A stretch of DNA of 61,889 bases, filler included, from Pirum gemmata (Eukaryota): assembly GCA_002812295.1 (NCBI GenBank). It is 21 parts of 21 records of this genome, joined end to end, with 100 filler letters (N's around TTAATTAATTAA, not from the genome) between each part and the next. Parts side by side here need not be neighbours in the genome. Positions count along the whole stretch, not along the records: positions 1 to 2,703 come from PDIN01004875.1; positions 2,804 to 5,546 come from PDIN01004876.1; positions 5,647 to 8,367 come from PDIN01004877.1; positions 8,468 to 11,088 come from PDIN01004878.1; positions 11,189 to 13,882 come from PDIN01004879.1; 16 more parts are not named here. The stretch is one strand, 5' to 3'. Positions 1 through 11,439 of this stretch are shown piece by piece (the first letter of the stretch is position 1; every line of letters begins with the position of its first letter). Under the pieces are notes generated by a model that had not been told where the DNA came from, did no database searches, and saw only the letters and a program-made list of their open reading frames with translations. A program made the position numbers and the translations under genes.

Positions 1-1695
1 AATAGTAATAATAATAATAATAACAATAATAATAATAATAATGGCGATAATCATAACCATAATCGTATTAGTGCTGATAATAATAATAATAATAATAATA
101 ATGGCGATAATCATAACCATAATCGTATTAGTGCTGATAATAATAATGATAACAATAATAATAATAATGAAAATGAAAATAGTTTTGAAAAAAATAATAA
201 TAACCATATTAACGATGGTGTTAACAATAATAACAATAATAATTTGAGTCATGTCGTGGTTACAAATAAGAATTATAAAGATAAAGAACACTTAAAAATC
301 AGCAAGAATAAAAAATCTAAATCCGAAACGCAATTATCTCGTGGGGGGCGAAACACCAAAATAACAAACAGTTTTAGAAAAAGAAAGAGACATTCGGAAA
401 ACCCTATAAAATGCAAAGAAGAGAAAGCACAACAACTATCTGCTAGAGTAACCGAACAAACCGACCAGAAAAATGAAGAAGAACAACCAAAAACAAAACT
501 AAAACCACACCAAGTTCCCACTACCTCCCAAGTGTCAAACAAATTATTTTTAAAAATAACTGCACCCACTTGGAAGCGAGATCGTTCGCTTTCCGAATCG
601 AAAATATTAGAACCGAAAGTTCCACCTCCTAGCCCAGGGTCTTCCCCTGATATTAAAAGTAGCAATCTGGATCTATTTTCCTTTCCGAATCCTTTGAGAA
701 ATTCTATATCAGGTTCGTCACCAGTCTCTAACTCAACCTCGTTAAGAAGATCTACATCAACTGAGCCGCCAAAGTCTAATAATACTACAGCTAATATAAC
801 ATTACCGTCTTCGTCATCTTCGTTACCGGGTTCTCCTTTATCTTCCCCTCAAACTTCACAAACAGAGATTCAAAATTTATCAAAATTTCAACGCTTTTCA
901 TTACATGTTCGGGACGTTAAAGGTTCTTTTCGCAGAAAAGCAATTTTGATTACTAATGACGTGAATGATACACCTGAGCATGTACCCTCGCCAATACTAT
1001 CAAAAAAAGTACAATCACAATCATTATCATCTACATCCCTGTCAAAATCCTCCATCATCATCGCCTCCAACTCAGCTTCGTCACAACTAACATCTGTTTC
1101 AACTAATCCTGCGTTGACCACACCCGAATCCAACTCTAGTCCAGCCATCAATAGAAATAGAAGACATTCTGCGTCAGAAACTAAAAGTCGCCCTTTAAGT
1201 CGTGTTTTTAACCAGAGCGACAATCAAAGACCTCGTAGTAGAATTTTTTTTAACAATTTATTACACGGTGATAACAACAAACACGCACATGATATTAGTA
1301 ATGACAGTCTTAGTTCACCTGCTGATACGTTATTTCTTCAACAAAAACTATTCAAGTTCGTCAAAGAAGGAGATAAACAAGAAGTTAATAGTTTATTAGA
1401 AGAAAAAGCTTTTAAAAGAATTGATCTAACAACAATAACTGATTTCTGCGGTTGGAATGTAGCCCACGTTTGTGCTCGTTATAATAGAATTGAGATTCTT
1501 AAAAGCCTACTAGACAAATTTCCAGCTTTAGTTTTTGGAGTTGACAAAGAAGGTTGGGTTCCATTGTTTCATGCCATTTCCAATAACAGTTTAGAATGCC
1601 AAGAACTATTACTAAACTACAGAGACACTGTTGGCAAAGTTGATTTAAAAATGTTAATGACTTTAACTCAAATCCAATTTCAGAAAAAGCACTAA
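1..1695 (+). CDS. Low-complexity (Asn/Ser-rich) protein with C-terminal ankyrin repeats, 5' partial
   Basis: Frame 1 is open from base 1 to TAA at 1695. The C-terminus has ankyrin-like units: LFKFVKEGDKQEVNSLL, GWNVAHVCARYNRIEILKSLL, DKEGWVPLFHAISNNSLECQELLL. A 60-bp tandem duplication lies at ~41-148. Confidence 0.8.
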   Translation, partial: NSNNNNNNNNNNNNGDNHNHNRISADNNNNNNNNGDNHNHNRISADNNNDNNNNNNENENSFEKNNNNHINDGVNNNNNNNLSHVVVTNKNYKDKEHLKISKNKKSKSETQLSRGGRNTKITNSFRKRKRHSENPIKCKEEKAQQLSARVTEQTDQKNEEEQPKTKLKPHQVPTTSQVSNKLFLKITAPTWKRDRSLSESKILEPKVPPPSPGSSPDIKSSNLDLFSFPNPLRNSISGSSPVSNSTSLRRSTSTEPPKSNNTTANITLPSSSSSLPGSPLSSPQTSQTEIQNLSKFQRFSLHVRDVKGSFRRKAILITNDVNDTPEHVPSPILSKKVQSQSLSSTSLSKSSIIIASNSASSQLTSVSTNPALTTPESNSSPAINRNRRHSASETKSRPLSRVFNQSDNQRPRSRIFFNNLLHGDNNKHAHDISNDSLSSPADTLFLQQKLFKFVKEGDKQEVNSLLEEKAFKRIDLTTITDFCGWNVAHVCARYNRIEILKSLLDKFPALVFGVDKEGWVPLFHAISNNSLECQELLLNYRDTVGKVDLKMLMTLTQIQFQKKH

Positions 1696-2703
1696 AAATA
1701 CCTATAAAATAAATTTTTATTGACTTTTTCTAAAGAACAAAAGAACAAAAAATAAAGAAAACTAAATGTATAAAATAAATTTTTATTTACTTTTTCTAAA
1801 GAACAAAAGAACAAAAGAACAAAAGATGAATAAAATTAAATAAATAAATAAAAATAAAGTAATACAAATAATAAAAATAAATAAAGAAAATTTAATTTTA
1901 AAATTTTATCTTTTTTCAATTTAATTTTTGAAGTAGCACAATAATAATAAAAAATAAAGAAAATTTGAATTTAATTTTTATCTTTTTTCTTTTTATCTTT
2001 TTTCTTTTTAATTTTTAATTTCTAATTAATTGATTTTTTTACTGATACTAATAACTTGCTTGTATTGATTGGTCTGTTATTATAGTGCGTTTCAGTTGTT
2101 TAGTCATCATGCAATGTACAATAAAGAGTACATTTAATTTAATTTGGTATATTTTATTATCCACTTCTTCCTTTCAAAGTGTCAAGTTTAAACGTTATAA
2201 CCAAATTTAAAATAAATGAAAAGAACAAGTTCTATTTGTATTATCTATAATTATATTATTTCTCAAATATAAATATAATATTGGGAAAACTAATTTTTTT
2301 TGATGTTATTTTTTTACAATGCAATAATTTTCTCTTTTATTATTAAATTTCATAGTTTTCATCTTTTCTGCAGTTGGGAATTATCAAAATTATGGTTTGA
2401 CACAAATGTTTACTATTTAATTAAATATTGTAAATGACGCAATGTTGTTATACAAAATAGTAATATTTTTCCAAATCCCACAGGTTATACATAAATAATC
2501 ACGTCTTACATTTTACCCTTACTCGATCGCGATAAATATTAATATTATATATAATAATTATCCGTTATTAATTTGTTTTATGCTTTATAAATTGACATTA
2601 TAATAAACTTTTAATTTTAATTAACTGCAGCTTATTTGCGACTTGGTACTACAGTACTATATACATATAACTATAACAATCGCTAGATATTATTATTATT
2701 ATT

Positions 2704-2803
2704 NNNNNNNNNNNNNNNNNNNNNNNNNNNNNNNNNNNNNNNNNNNNTTAATTAATTAANNNNNNNNNNNNNNNNNNNNNNNNNNNNNNNNNNNNNNNNN
2801 NNN
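2704..2803. other. Artificial contig linker N44-TTAATTAATTAA-N44 (first of about 20)
   Basis: Identical 100-nt linkers with six-frame stops also start at 5547, 8368, 11089, 13883, 16704, 19510, 22301, 26175, 28968, 31783, 35716, 38533, 41346, 44165, 47006, 49846, 52658, 56250 and 59091. Confidence 0.97.
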
Positions 2804-2834
<31 letters not shown>

Positions 2835-3068
2835 CTAAACAGTCAAGCCGGATAAAACTGTAGAAATCATTTTTTTTTTTTTTAGACTTCTTTTAAAATA
2901 ACTATCCAAATTATTATTAAAAACTAGTCATTGGTTTAGAGAGAGTAAAATAGCTAGCTAGACCAGTGCTGCTAGCTAGACCCCATAGTCTATCATAATA
3001 TTATTAATTAAGAGGTGTGAAAACTACATATAAATAAAAAAAATTTTTTTTGAAAAAAAAAAATTAAA

Positions 3069-3099
<31 letters not shown>

Positions 3100-3138
3100 T
3101 ATATATACGTATCATAATCATTATAAATTTAATAAGTA

Positions 3139-5226
3139 ATGATGTTAACGTTTGTTCTTAGTTTATTGATATCCCAAAGTGTCTTTACTTTGGTTAACGG
3201 ATGTCGTTGTCGTTGCATTTCTCGAGATTGTTGGCCGGGCCATAGGGAATGGACTATACTATCGAATTCTTTATCGTCTAAGTCTGTTTTGCAGAAAAAA
3301 AACTTGTACAATCCTTATGAAGTATGCAGTGATCAAAATCTTGTTAATACAACAGAGTACCAAACCGTATGTTCTGTGTTCAATCATAATGGGCAAACTA
3401 CTAGAACAGATTATTCTGGTTATGAACAAACCCTTTCGGAACTTTTTCCTGGAGTTAGTCAAACTGTAAGTTACGGTTCTTTAGAAAATCTGTTTTCCGT
3501 AGTTACTCCATTAAATAATTCTTATTCTAATTTTAAAAGAGGCTGGGTGTCTATTGTGCCAACCATTTCTGTAAATGCTCTAACAGAAAATGACGTCGTT
3601 GAAGCTGTTAAATTTGCTGGTAAACATAATTTAAGATTGATTATCAAAAATACCGGTCACGATTTTTATGGACGTAGTGTGGCACCGATTGGAACTGATT
3701 ATTCTCTTCAACTTTGGACTTCACTTTTGAAACAAATCACCATGGGTGAAGATAATGAGAGTGTCACCGTTCAAGCTGGAGCGAATTGGGAATCGGTTTA
3801 TACGGTAGTAGGTGGTGTAAACAAAATGGTTTATGGTGGATCTTGCTCTAGTGTTGGAGCAGCTGGAGGTTTTACCTTAGGTGCCGGCCAGCCTATATTC
3901 AACGACAAAGGGCTTGCTGCCGAGCATGTTCTTCGTTATAAAGTAGTTTTGGCAGACGGTAGGGTGGTGGAAGCAAGTAAAACTGAAAATGAACACTTGT
4001 TCAAGGCATTAAATGGAGGGGGAGGGGGATCCTTTGGTGTTGTTTTGGAAATCTCGTACAAAACATTTCCTATTACACCTAGTGTGAACGGCATTTTCAG
4101 AGTGGATGGTGTGGTAGCTGCTTTACCTTTGGCTTCTGAAAAAGTTATTCGTGAGGGGAAAAAGAAAATCTGGGGTGCTATTTTCGAATTCGCCTACAAA
4201 CTACGTCATAAAGAAAATATTATTGGTTCCAGAACCTTAGGTAATGCTGCTATTTGTGAACCTAAATATGTAAGCTTACCTACTATGTTCGAGTTAAAAA
4301 TTGATGGCGATGAAAAGAAAAAAGCTCGTTTGGAAATTTTGTTTAGTGAACTTAAGGAAAAATTATCCAATGTTACAGGTTTTTTTGTTTATTCTCCAAT
4401 CGCTTTAACAGATATTGGTCAATTCTGGCCAACAAGCATGGAACAACAAAACGTATACTATAACAATATGGTTAATTGGACTCAAATTGAGTTACCTGAA
4501 ATGTTTTCTGGGGCCAAGGGCCACTGGCGAGATCCTCCCGATGTTGGTCTTGCTCAACTTACTTTTAATTTTTTTGATCAAATTCATATTCCAACAACCG
4601 AACTAAGATCCGGAGAAGAACTTTTCGAGAAAGTAATGCAAATTTGCACTGAAGGTAAAACGGATATTACAATTCTTTTTGGAAAATCCCACACAGCCTA
4701 CAATGATGCAGGAGATATTGTACCACCAGTTGACCATTCTCAAATTAGCATCACCCCTGAGTACTATAACATGGGAGCTGTTTTTTACCCAACCAGTGGC
4801 GCTACACTTTTGAAAAATATGTTTAGGGCAAAGAAAAACTCAGGACATTTTCGTAATTTTGCCGAAGATATTTCTAGTCCAGAATGTTTAGCTTGCGTGG
4901 AAACCCCGGTATGGGTCACACCTGAAAAGGTAAACGAGCCTTGTCGTATTGCTTGCTTAAATGGTTTAAATCAATATTTGGCAAAACAAACTCAAAGTGC
5001 GGAAGACATAATAAACACCATTTACAAGATTATTCCTGGTAGTGATAAAGTGAAATATTTTAATGAAATGAGTTATGTAGAACCTCACTGGAAATCCACT
5101 GTTTGGGGTGAAAATTATAACTTTTTACGTAACGTTAAAAAAATAGTAGATCCGAAAGATCTTTTTATCGTACATCATGGTGTTGCAAGTGATGAATGGG
5201 ACCCCTCTGGAAACTGCCGTGTTTAA
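3139..5226 (+). CDS. Secreted FAD-linked oxidase, berberine-bridge-enzyme-like / VAO-PCMH family, intronless
   Basis: 695-aa ORF with a hydrophobic signal peptide and an N-terminal CRC..DCWP motif. It has the FAD-attachment motif IKNTGHDFYGRS, CSSVGAAGGFTLGAG, ALNGGGGGSFGVV, and a C-terminal BBE domain YFNE...WGENYNFLRNVKKIVDPKDLF. Confidence 0.92.
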   Translation: MMLTFVLSLLISQSVFTLVNGCRCRCISRDCWPGHREWTILSNSLSSKSVLQKKNLYNPYEVCSDQNLVNTTEYQTVCSVFNHNGQTTRTDYSGYEQTLSELFPGVSQTVSYGSLENLFSVVTPLNNSYSNFKRGWVSIVPTISVNALTENDVVEAVKFAGKHNLRLIIKNTGHDFYGRSVAPIGTDYSLQLWTSLLKQITMGEDNESVTVQAGANWESVYTVVGGVNKMVYGGSCSSVGAAGGFTLGAGQPIFNDKGLAAEHVLRYKVVLADGRVVEASKTENEHLFKALNGGGGGSFGVVLEISYKTFPITPSVNGIFRVDGVVAALPLASEKVIREGKKKIWGAIFEFAYKLRHKENIIGSRTLGNAAICEPKYVSLPTMFELKIDGDEKKKARLEILFSELKEKLSNVTGFFVYSPIALTDIGQFWPTSMEQQNVYYNNMVNWTQIELPEMFSGAKGHWRDPPDVGLAQLTFNFFDQIHIPTTELRSGEELFEKVMQICTEGKTDITILFGKSHTAYNDAGDIVPPVDHSQISITPEYYNMGAVFYPTSGATLLKNMFRAKKNSGHFRNFAEDISSPECLACVETPVWVTPEKVNEPCRIACLNGLNQYLAKQTQSAEDIINTIYKIIPGSDKVKYFNEMSYVEPHWKSTVWGENYNFLRNVKKIVDPKDLFIVHHGVASDEWDPSGNCRV

Positions 5227-6275
5227 ATATTTTTTTCAATTTTTTTTTTTTTGATGAAAATTTAACCGCACCTGATTTCAAATCAAAAGCAGATGTAGAT
5301 TAAGATATTTCATGTAAGACATTCTCGTTTTGAATCAAATATTAATTTATAATGATTTCATGTTTTGAATTCAAATAATATAATTATGATTTAGCTTTAT
5401 TTTTATTACTTGACTTTATAGATCAATACGTTCAATGCGTTATCCAAAGAGTTTGGTTCCAATATTTTAATCATTGAATTATAGTTAGAATAATAATGGA
5501 ATAATATTAATATGTTATTGTACTTGTAAATTATTTCATTATTATTNNNNNNNNNNNNNNNNNNNNNNNNNNNNNNNNNNNNNNNNNNNNTTAATTAATT
5601 AANNNNNNNNNNNNNNNNNNNNNNNNNNNNNNNNNNNNNNNNNNNNTTATTATTATTGTCAATATCATTACCATTATTATTATTAGAGTTCCTATATCTT
5701 AAATTTTAAATCATCAAGTATATATTATAATTTTGTATGTTAAGAAAAATTCTATTAATGAAAAAACCACAAAAACACTTAAACCACAAAAAATCACAAA
5801 AAATCACAAAAACCACAAAAACTGCAAAAATCACAAAAACCAAAAAAAAAAACCACAAAACCCACAAAAAAAACCACAAAAACCTAAATTTTCACATCCT
5901 TCCAAAACTTTTAAACGGCTGGAAGCAAAAGCTTCATTTACTCCAGTTTTTCTTGTACTTTTTGGAGATTTAACTAAACTAACTTCACTTTTACTTTTAT
6001 GTATTTTATTAGCCAGCCTGAATGTTGGTAGTTGTTTGTGTTATTATTAATGTTATTACTATTGTTATTGAATCATAATTATAATCATACTGAACAGTAT
6101 TGTAATGGTAATGGTAATGGTAATGGTAATATGATAATGATAATGATAATGATAATGATAATGATAATGACAAATGGAAATGGTAATGGAAATGGTAAAG
6201 GTAATGATAATATGATGATAAGTATAATGATAATGATAATGATAATGATAATGATGACAAATGGTAATTATAATG

Positions 6276-6333
<58 letters not shown>

Positions 6334-6448
6334 GATAAAATTAATGTTAATGTTAATGTTAATGTTAATGTTAATGAAAACGACAAATGATAATGATAAT
6401 GATAATGACAATGATAATGATAATGATAAAAGTAATATTACTCTTTAC

Positions 6449-7902
6449 TTCCATCTAATGAATTTTCTTCAATGACACGACTTATATTTAATGCAGAGTG
6501 AAAAACAGTGTTTAACATTGTTGTCAGTTCCTCACGGCTAATTCCCTCATCTTCAGCTAAGTTGAACATTTCATAAATAAATTTACACTAAACACAATAA
6601 CATATAATAATAATGTTTTTAGTATTTATAGTATTTATAGGTTTAGTTAAGATGTATTATTAAAATTCTAACCATTGGGTAGAATTTTTACCTTATTTTT
6701 CATTTTTTAAGTATAACTTGTTGGATAGAATTCTATCCCTAAGACATTGTTCGAAATTTCTAATCTAATAATGTTTTTAAGTGTTTATAGTATTTACAGG
6801 TTTAGTTAAGATTTGGGTTGAATTTTTACATTTATAGGTTTATTTAAGATGTATTATTAAAAATTCTAACCAATTGGGTAGAATATTTACCTTATTTTTC
6901 ATTTTTTTAAGTATAACTAGTTGTATAGAATTCTATCCCTAAGACATTGTTCAAAAATTCTTATCTAATAATGTTGTTAAAATTCAAACCATTTGGGTTG
7001 AATTTTTTCATTTATAGGTTTAGTTGAGATGTATTATTAAAATTCTAACCATTAGGGTAGAATTTTTACTTATTTTTATTTTTAATTGTAACTAATTGAT
7101 AGAATTCTATCCCTAAGATATTGTTCAAAAATTCTAATCTAATAATGTTGTAAGTGTTTATAGTATTAATAGGTTTAGTTCAGATGTTTTGAAATTTTAA
7201 CCATTTGGGTTGAATTATTACCGTATTTGTTACTTTTAACTATAAACCCAAACCTAAACCTAAACCCAAACCCAAACCCAAACCCAAACCCAAACCCAAA
7301 CCCAAACCCAAACCCAAACCCAAACCCAAACTAAAATACCTTTTCTTCTGTACTACCATTTGACAACAAAGCTAAACCACACATGAATTCTTCTAAATCA
7401 ATGCGTCCATTTTTCTTTCTATCAAAAACAGCAAACAATCGTTCGCCCAGCATCCCACTTAAGGGGAAGTAGTAAAAACTATATTTAAAAAAACACAAAT
7501 GTCATTATTAGTTATTGTTATTGCTATTATTAATGTTAATGCATTGTTTATTGTTAGTTAGTTTACTCTTTTTTTTATAACTGTGGTCAGTGCATTGTAA
7601 AAAACAATCACTCACTTTTTTTTGGTTCACTCGTTCATATATTTTTTTGGTTAGTCCACTCACTCGCTCTACGAACGAGCGGCGAACGAATTCACTCGTT
7701 CCCAAAAAAAAGCTCATTCGATTTTTTTTTACGAAGCACTAACCACAGTTAGTAAAAAAAATCGTTAACTAACGTTAAATTATGAAAATAGATATTATTA
7801 TGGAATCAAAAAGAAAAAAACTTACAAAGTTTCTTTGTCCATGGTTTTAGTAGGAGATCGGTTGGCCAAATGCTTAAAAGTTTGTACAACTTTTTCATAC
7901 TC
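6449..7902 (-). CDS. Spliced EF-hand protein fragment (exons ~7902-7826, 7478-7340, 6587-6449)
   Basis: GT-AG introns with matching phases give EYEKVVQTFKHLANRSPTKTMDKETFFYYFPLSGMLGERLFAVFDRKKNGRIDLEEFMCGLALLSNGSTEEKCKFIYEMFNLAEDEGISREELTTML, containing two EF-hand-like loops. Confidence 0.8.
6610..7235. repeat. Intronic complex minisatellite (~4 imperfect units of roughly 160-200 bp)
   Basis: Recurrent blocks taggtttagttaagatgtattattaaaattctaacc and gatagaattctatccctaagacattgttc; followed by (AAACCC)n at ~7245-7330. Confidence 0.8.
7578..7751. mobile_element. MITE-like element in an EF-hand gene intron, TA-flanked
   Basis: Imperfect ~27-bp TIRs: TA|ACTGTGGTCAGTGCATTGTAAAAAA ... TTTTTTACGAAGCACTAACCACAGT|TA. 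Confidence 0.7.
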
Positions 7903-8227
7903 CTGTGCATTTACTTTTTTTAACAAACACAACAAATAATAATAATCGTGTAATTATAAGTATAATCATAGTTATAATAATAATCATATTCATAATCATA
8001 TTCACATTCATAATCATAACCATAATCATAATCATAATCATAATCATAATCATAATCATAATCATAAACGTAATCCTAATATCATAATTATAATTGTAAT
8101 TATAATCATGATCATAACCATAATATCAATAATGATAATTATAATTATAATTATAATCATAATCATAATCATAATCACGATGATGGTGATGATGATGATG
8201 ATGATGAAGATGGTGATGATGATGGAA

Positions 8228-8268
<41 letters not shown>

Positions 8269-8824
8269 ATGATGATGATATGATGATGATAATAATGGTG
8301 ATGATGGTGGTGGTGGTAGTGGTGATGATGATGATGATGACGATGATGATGATGATGATGATGATGANNNNNNNNNNNNNNNNNNNNNNNNNNNNNNNNN
8401 NNNNNNNNNNNTTAATTAATTAANNNNNNNNNNNNNNNNNNNNNNNNNNNNNNNNNNNNNNNNNNNNTTATTATTATTATATACGTGGTGTCAATAATCA
8501 TCATTAATAGATAAATTTATAATTAATTTTTAGCTGTTCGAAGTCGCTCGATCTAATATTAAAATTAACATTATTCATTATTTTATATAAAGTTCTGCAA
8601 CTCGAAATAATTAATTCGGAATGAGAAACATTAAATATTGCTAACCGCCAGCAACAACAAAAATATTTTGACCCTTTTAAATAGGTAGTATTAATTAATA
8701 GTTGTTGTTGTTGTTGTTAAAATTAAAGGAAGCATAACAGTAGTAGAATTCGAAGTAGTAGAAGTAGTAGTAATAGTAGAATTCGAAGTAGACGTAGTAA
8801 TAGTAGTAATAATAATAATAATAA

Positions 8825-8898
<74 letters not shown>

Positions 8899-9072
8899 AT
8901 AGTAGTAGTAGTAGCAGCACCGGTAGCATCAGTAGTAGTAGCTGCATATTAGTAGTAGTAGCAGCAGTAGTAGAAGTAGGATGAAGAACTTGAAAATGTT
9001 ATATTGAAACCTTTTTAATTAATTAATTAATAAATTGCTAATTTTAATTAAAGTAGCTAAATATTTTTTATA

Positions 9073-9286
9073 CCAAGCCGGATAAAACTGTAGAAATAAT
9101 TTTTTTTCTAAAAACCTCAATGCTAACTAGCCAAATACTTTTAAAAACTAGCCATTGGTTCAAAATAGAGTTTTCTTGGTTAGATAATTTCTCAAACTTT
9201 GGTAGTAATTTTATTGAAATTGGATTATTTTGAGATTTTTGGATTTTTGTGCTCATATGCTGGATGTCGCCATTTCTATCCGGCTT

Positions 9287-9288
<2 letters not shown>
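9073..9288. mobile_element. MITE family C (~216 bp, TIR CCAAGCCGGATA, TA TSD)
   Basis: TA|CCAAGCCGGATA ... TATCCGGCTTGG|TA. A second full copy is at 12581-12797 and a partial copy at ~2843-2940. Confidence 0.88.
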
Positions 9289-9349
<61 letters not shown>

Positions 9350-9384
9350 AAAACTTTGACATATTATTTTCAAAAAACAAAATA

Positions 9385-9745
9385 TTACAGAAAAAATAGT
9401 CGCTCAAAATTAGCTTTGAATTGCCCAAAAATGTAGAAAAACTGCAGAAAATGACTAAAAAATGCCACTTCAGTATTATATTATAATATATTTATAATAT
9501 TATTATGATATATTGATTTTTTTGGCAAAAGTAATTGCCCAAAATTAGCTTTGACTTGCCCAAAAATGTAGAAAACTGCAGAAAATGACTAGAAAATGCC
9601 ACTTCAATACTGGTATCATATATATAATTGACTTTTTTGGCAAAAATAGTCGCCCAAAATTAGCTTTGACTAACCCAAAAATGTAGAAAAACTGTAGACG
9701 CCGGGGCCTCTGACGCCCAGAGAAAATGCCACTTTTTTCTGCCAC
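9385..9745. repeat. Tandem repeat, ~3 units of roughly 120-140 bp
   Basis: caaaattagctttga...cccaaaaatgtagaaaaactg...aaaatgccactt is repeated three times. Confidence 0.8.
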
Positions 9746-9816
9746 TTTTCTTATTTTTTTTTATTAGATCGTTTTCTGCTCTAACTAATATTATATGATT
9801 TACATCATAATGATAA

Positions 9817-9999
9817 TAGTGTTTTTCAATTGTGTTGTCATCATAAAATATACAATAAAGAGTGCCAAATTAATACAATATGAATCTATTTAATTTAAAT
9901 TGGTATATTTAATTATCTATTTATTCATTTAAAAATGTCAATTTAAAGATTATAAGATACCAAATAAATATTCAGAGGCAAAATAAATGAAAAGCACAA
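9817..9999. mobile_element. MITE family A copy
   Basis: Matches the ~185-bp family A consensus (ccaaataaatattcagag.gacaaaataaatgaaaagcac end). Confidence 0.85.
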
Positions 10000-10075
10000 T
10001 AAAATTTGAAACTAGACTATGATTGGACTACTTTGTCTACTTGACCCTGCTACTTGACCTACTTTTTTAAAAATA

Positions 10076-10387
10076 GACTTCTCCGAATTCTGCCCCTAAA
10101 ACTCGACTTTCTGCTTCTGCCTTCTGCCCCGAAAAGCTCGATTTCTGCCGAGCAGAATTTCTGGTCTGTTTGGTATGTTCGAAATTGAAATTTTCGAGTT
10201 TATTAATAAATACATAGGTTCGAAAAGTTCAAGCTTATATTTTTATAGTGATAGAATCAATCTCCTTTTTTTTTTTTTTTCAAAAAATTAACTTTTGATC
10301 GAGTTAGAGAGGAAAAACTGTCAAAAACACCATTCTGCCATTTCTCGAAAAAGGCCAAATTCTGCCCGGGCAGAATTCGGAGAAGTC
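10076..10387. mobile_element. MITE family D (~312 bp, 20-bp perfect TIR GACTTCTCCGAATTCTGCCC, TA TSD)
   Basis: TA|GACTTCTCCGAATTCTGCCC ... GGGCAGAATTCGGAGAAGTC|TA. An inverted copy is at 28401-28685; a related subfamily is at ~10476-10692 and ~60055-60235. Confidence 0.9.
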
Positions 10388-10731
10388 TAATGGTTTTTAA
10401 AAAAAAAAAAAAAAACCTTGACAATAATTAAATTTGATTGGTTAAAAAACGTAAACCACAGAAAACCACGCACTTGACTTGGTCTGCTTTACTTTAAAAA
10501 ATCGAGTTTTCGGGCTTATTCATTAATTAAATTAGTTCGAACATTTTTAGCTAACAGTTTTAAGTATTCAAGTATATTTATTTATTTACAAACCCGAAAA
10601 AATGGAATAATTTTCGAACAGGGCTGAAAATCCGCTTTTTTTCGACAGCAGAAATTTGAGTTTTCGGGCTCGAGCAGAATTGGGAGAGGCTTAGCTTCAA
10701 ATACCCCCTATCTACCACCTACCCCTCGGCA

Positions 10732-10888
10732 ATGGTGCAGCATGCCTAACATTTACCAACTTTTGGAAAGTGGCCGAATTTTTTCTGACTGCTTGAACAT
10801 TTCGAACAGACTAAATAATATATTCGAAATAGAATATTATTATTACTATGTCCAAAAAAGTTGGGGATTGTTAGACGCAATGCACCAT
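10732..10888. mobile_element. Degenerate TIR element
   Basis: ATGGTGCAGCATGCCTAACA versus ATGGTGCATTGCGTCTAACA, the reverse complement of the right end. Confidence 0.5.
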
Positions 10889-10967
10889 AGCTTTCTACAC
10901 TAGATATTTTTGATTCTAGGAACCCAGATGGTTAGGGCTTTTTAACAGTTACTTTTGTAGGGTTTAA

Positions 10968-11035
10968 TAGGGTTAGGGTTAGGGTTAGGGTTAGGGTTAG
11001 GGTTAGGGTTAGGGTTAGGGTTAGGGTTAGGGTTG
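10968..11035 (+). repeat. Interstitial telomere-like (TTAGGG)n, one of many
   Basis: Similar arrays at ~13410-13497, 13851-13882, 14824-15045, 26275-26337, 31718-31782, 38633-38660, 41266-41345, 43610-43634, 45090-45167, 46782-46950 and 56988-57066. Confidence 0.95.
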
Positions 11036-11248
11036 GGGGTGAGTTAGGTTATGATAGACTTCTCTCTACCCGATAGAGTAGCCTATCANNNNNNNNNNNN
11101 NNNNNNNNNNNNNNNNNNNNNNNNNNNNNNNNTTAATTAATTAANNNNNNNNNNNNNNNNNNNNNNNNNNNNNNNNNNNNNNNNNNNNATTATTATTATT
11201 GTTGTTGTTGTTATTGAAATTGGCATGTAAATTATTTTTTTTAAATAG

Positions 11249-11439
11249 GATCAACTCAAATAATTGATTTCTTATCCAACCAACCGCTATCGGCTCGAAA
11301 TAAAATCAAATCTTTGAACGAACCGGAACAGGTTCAATCTGAACAAATTGAAGAAAATGGTGATGCCAGTAGTAGTAATAATAACAATAATAATAATAAT
11401 GAATCAAAAAAAACCAAAAGAAAAAAAGTTTCCAAATAA
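11249..11439 (+). CDS. Probable terminal exon of an unknown gene
   Basis: Poly-T/ttaaatag acceptor, then open frame STQIIDFLSNQPLSARNKIKSLNEPEQVQSEQIEENG...KKTKRKKVSK-TAA with an NLS-like basic tail. Confidence 0.45.

Noticed and set aside
2748..2759. Recurrent palindrome TTAATTAATTAA about every 2.8 kb
   Set aside because: Always embedded in N44 flanks; it is a six-frame-stop assembly linker, not biology.
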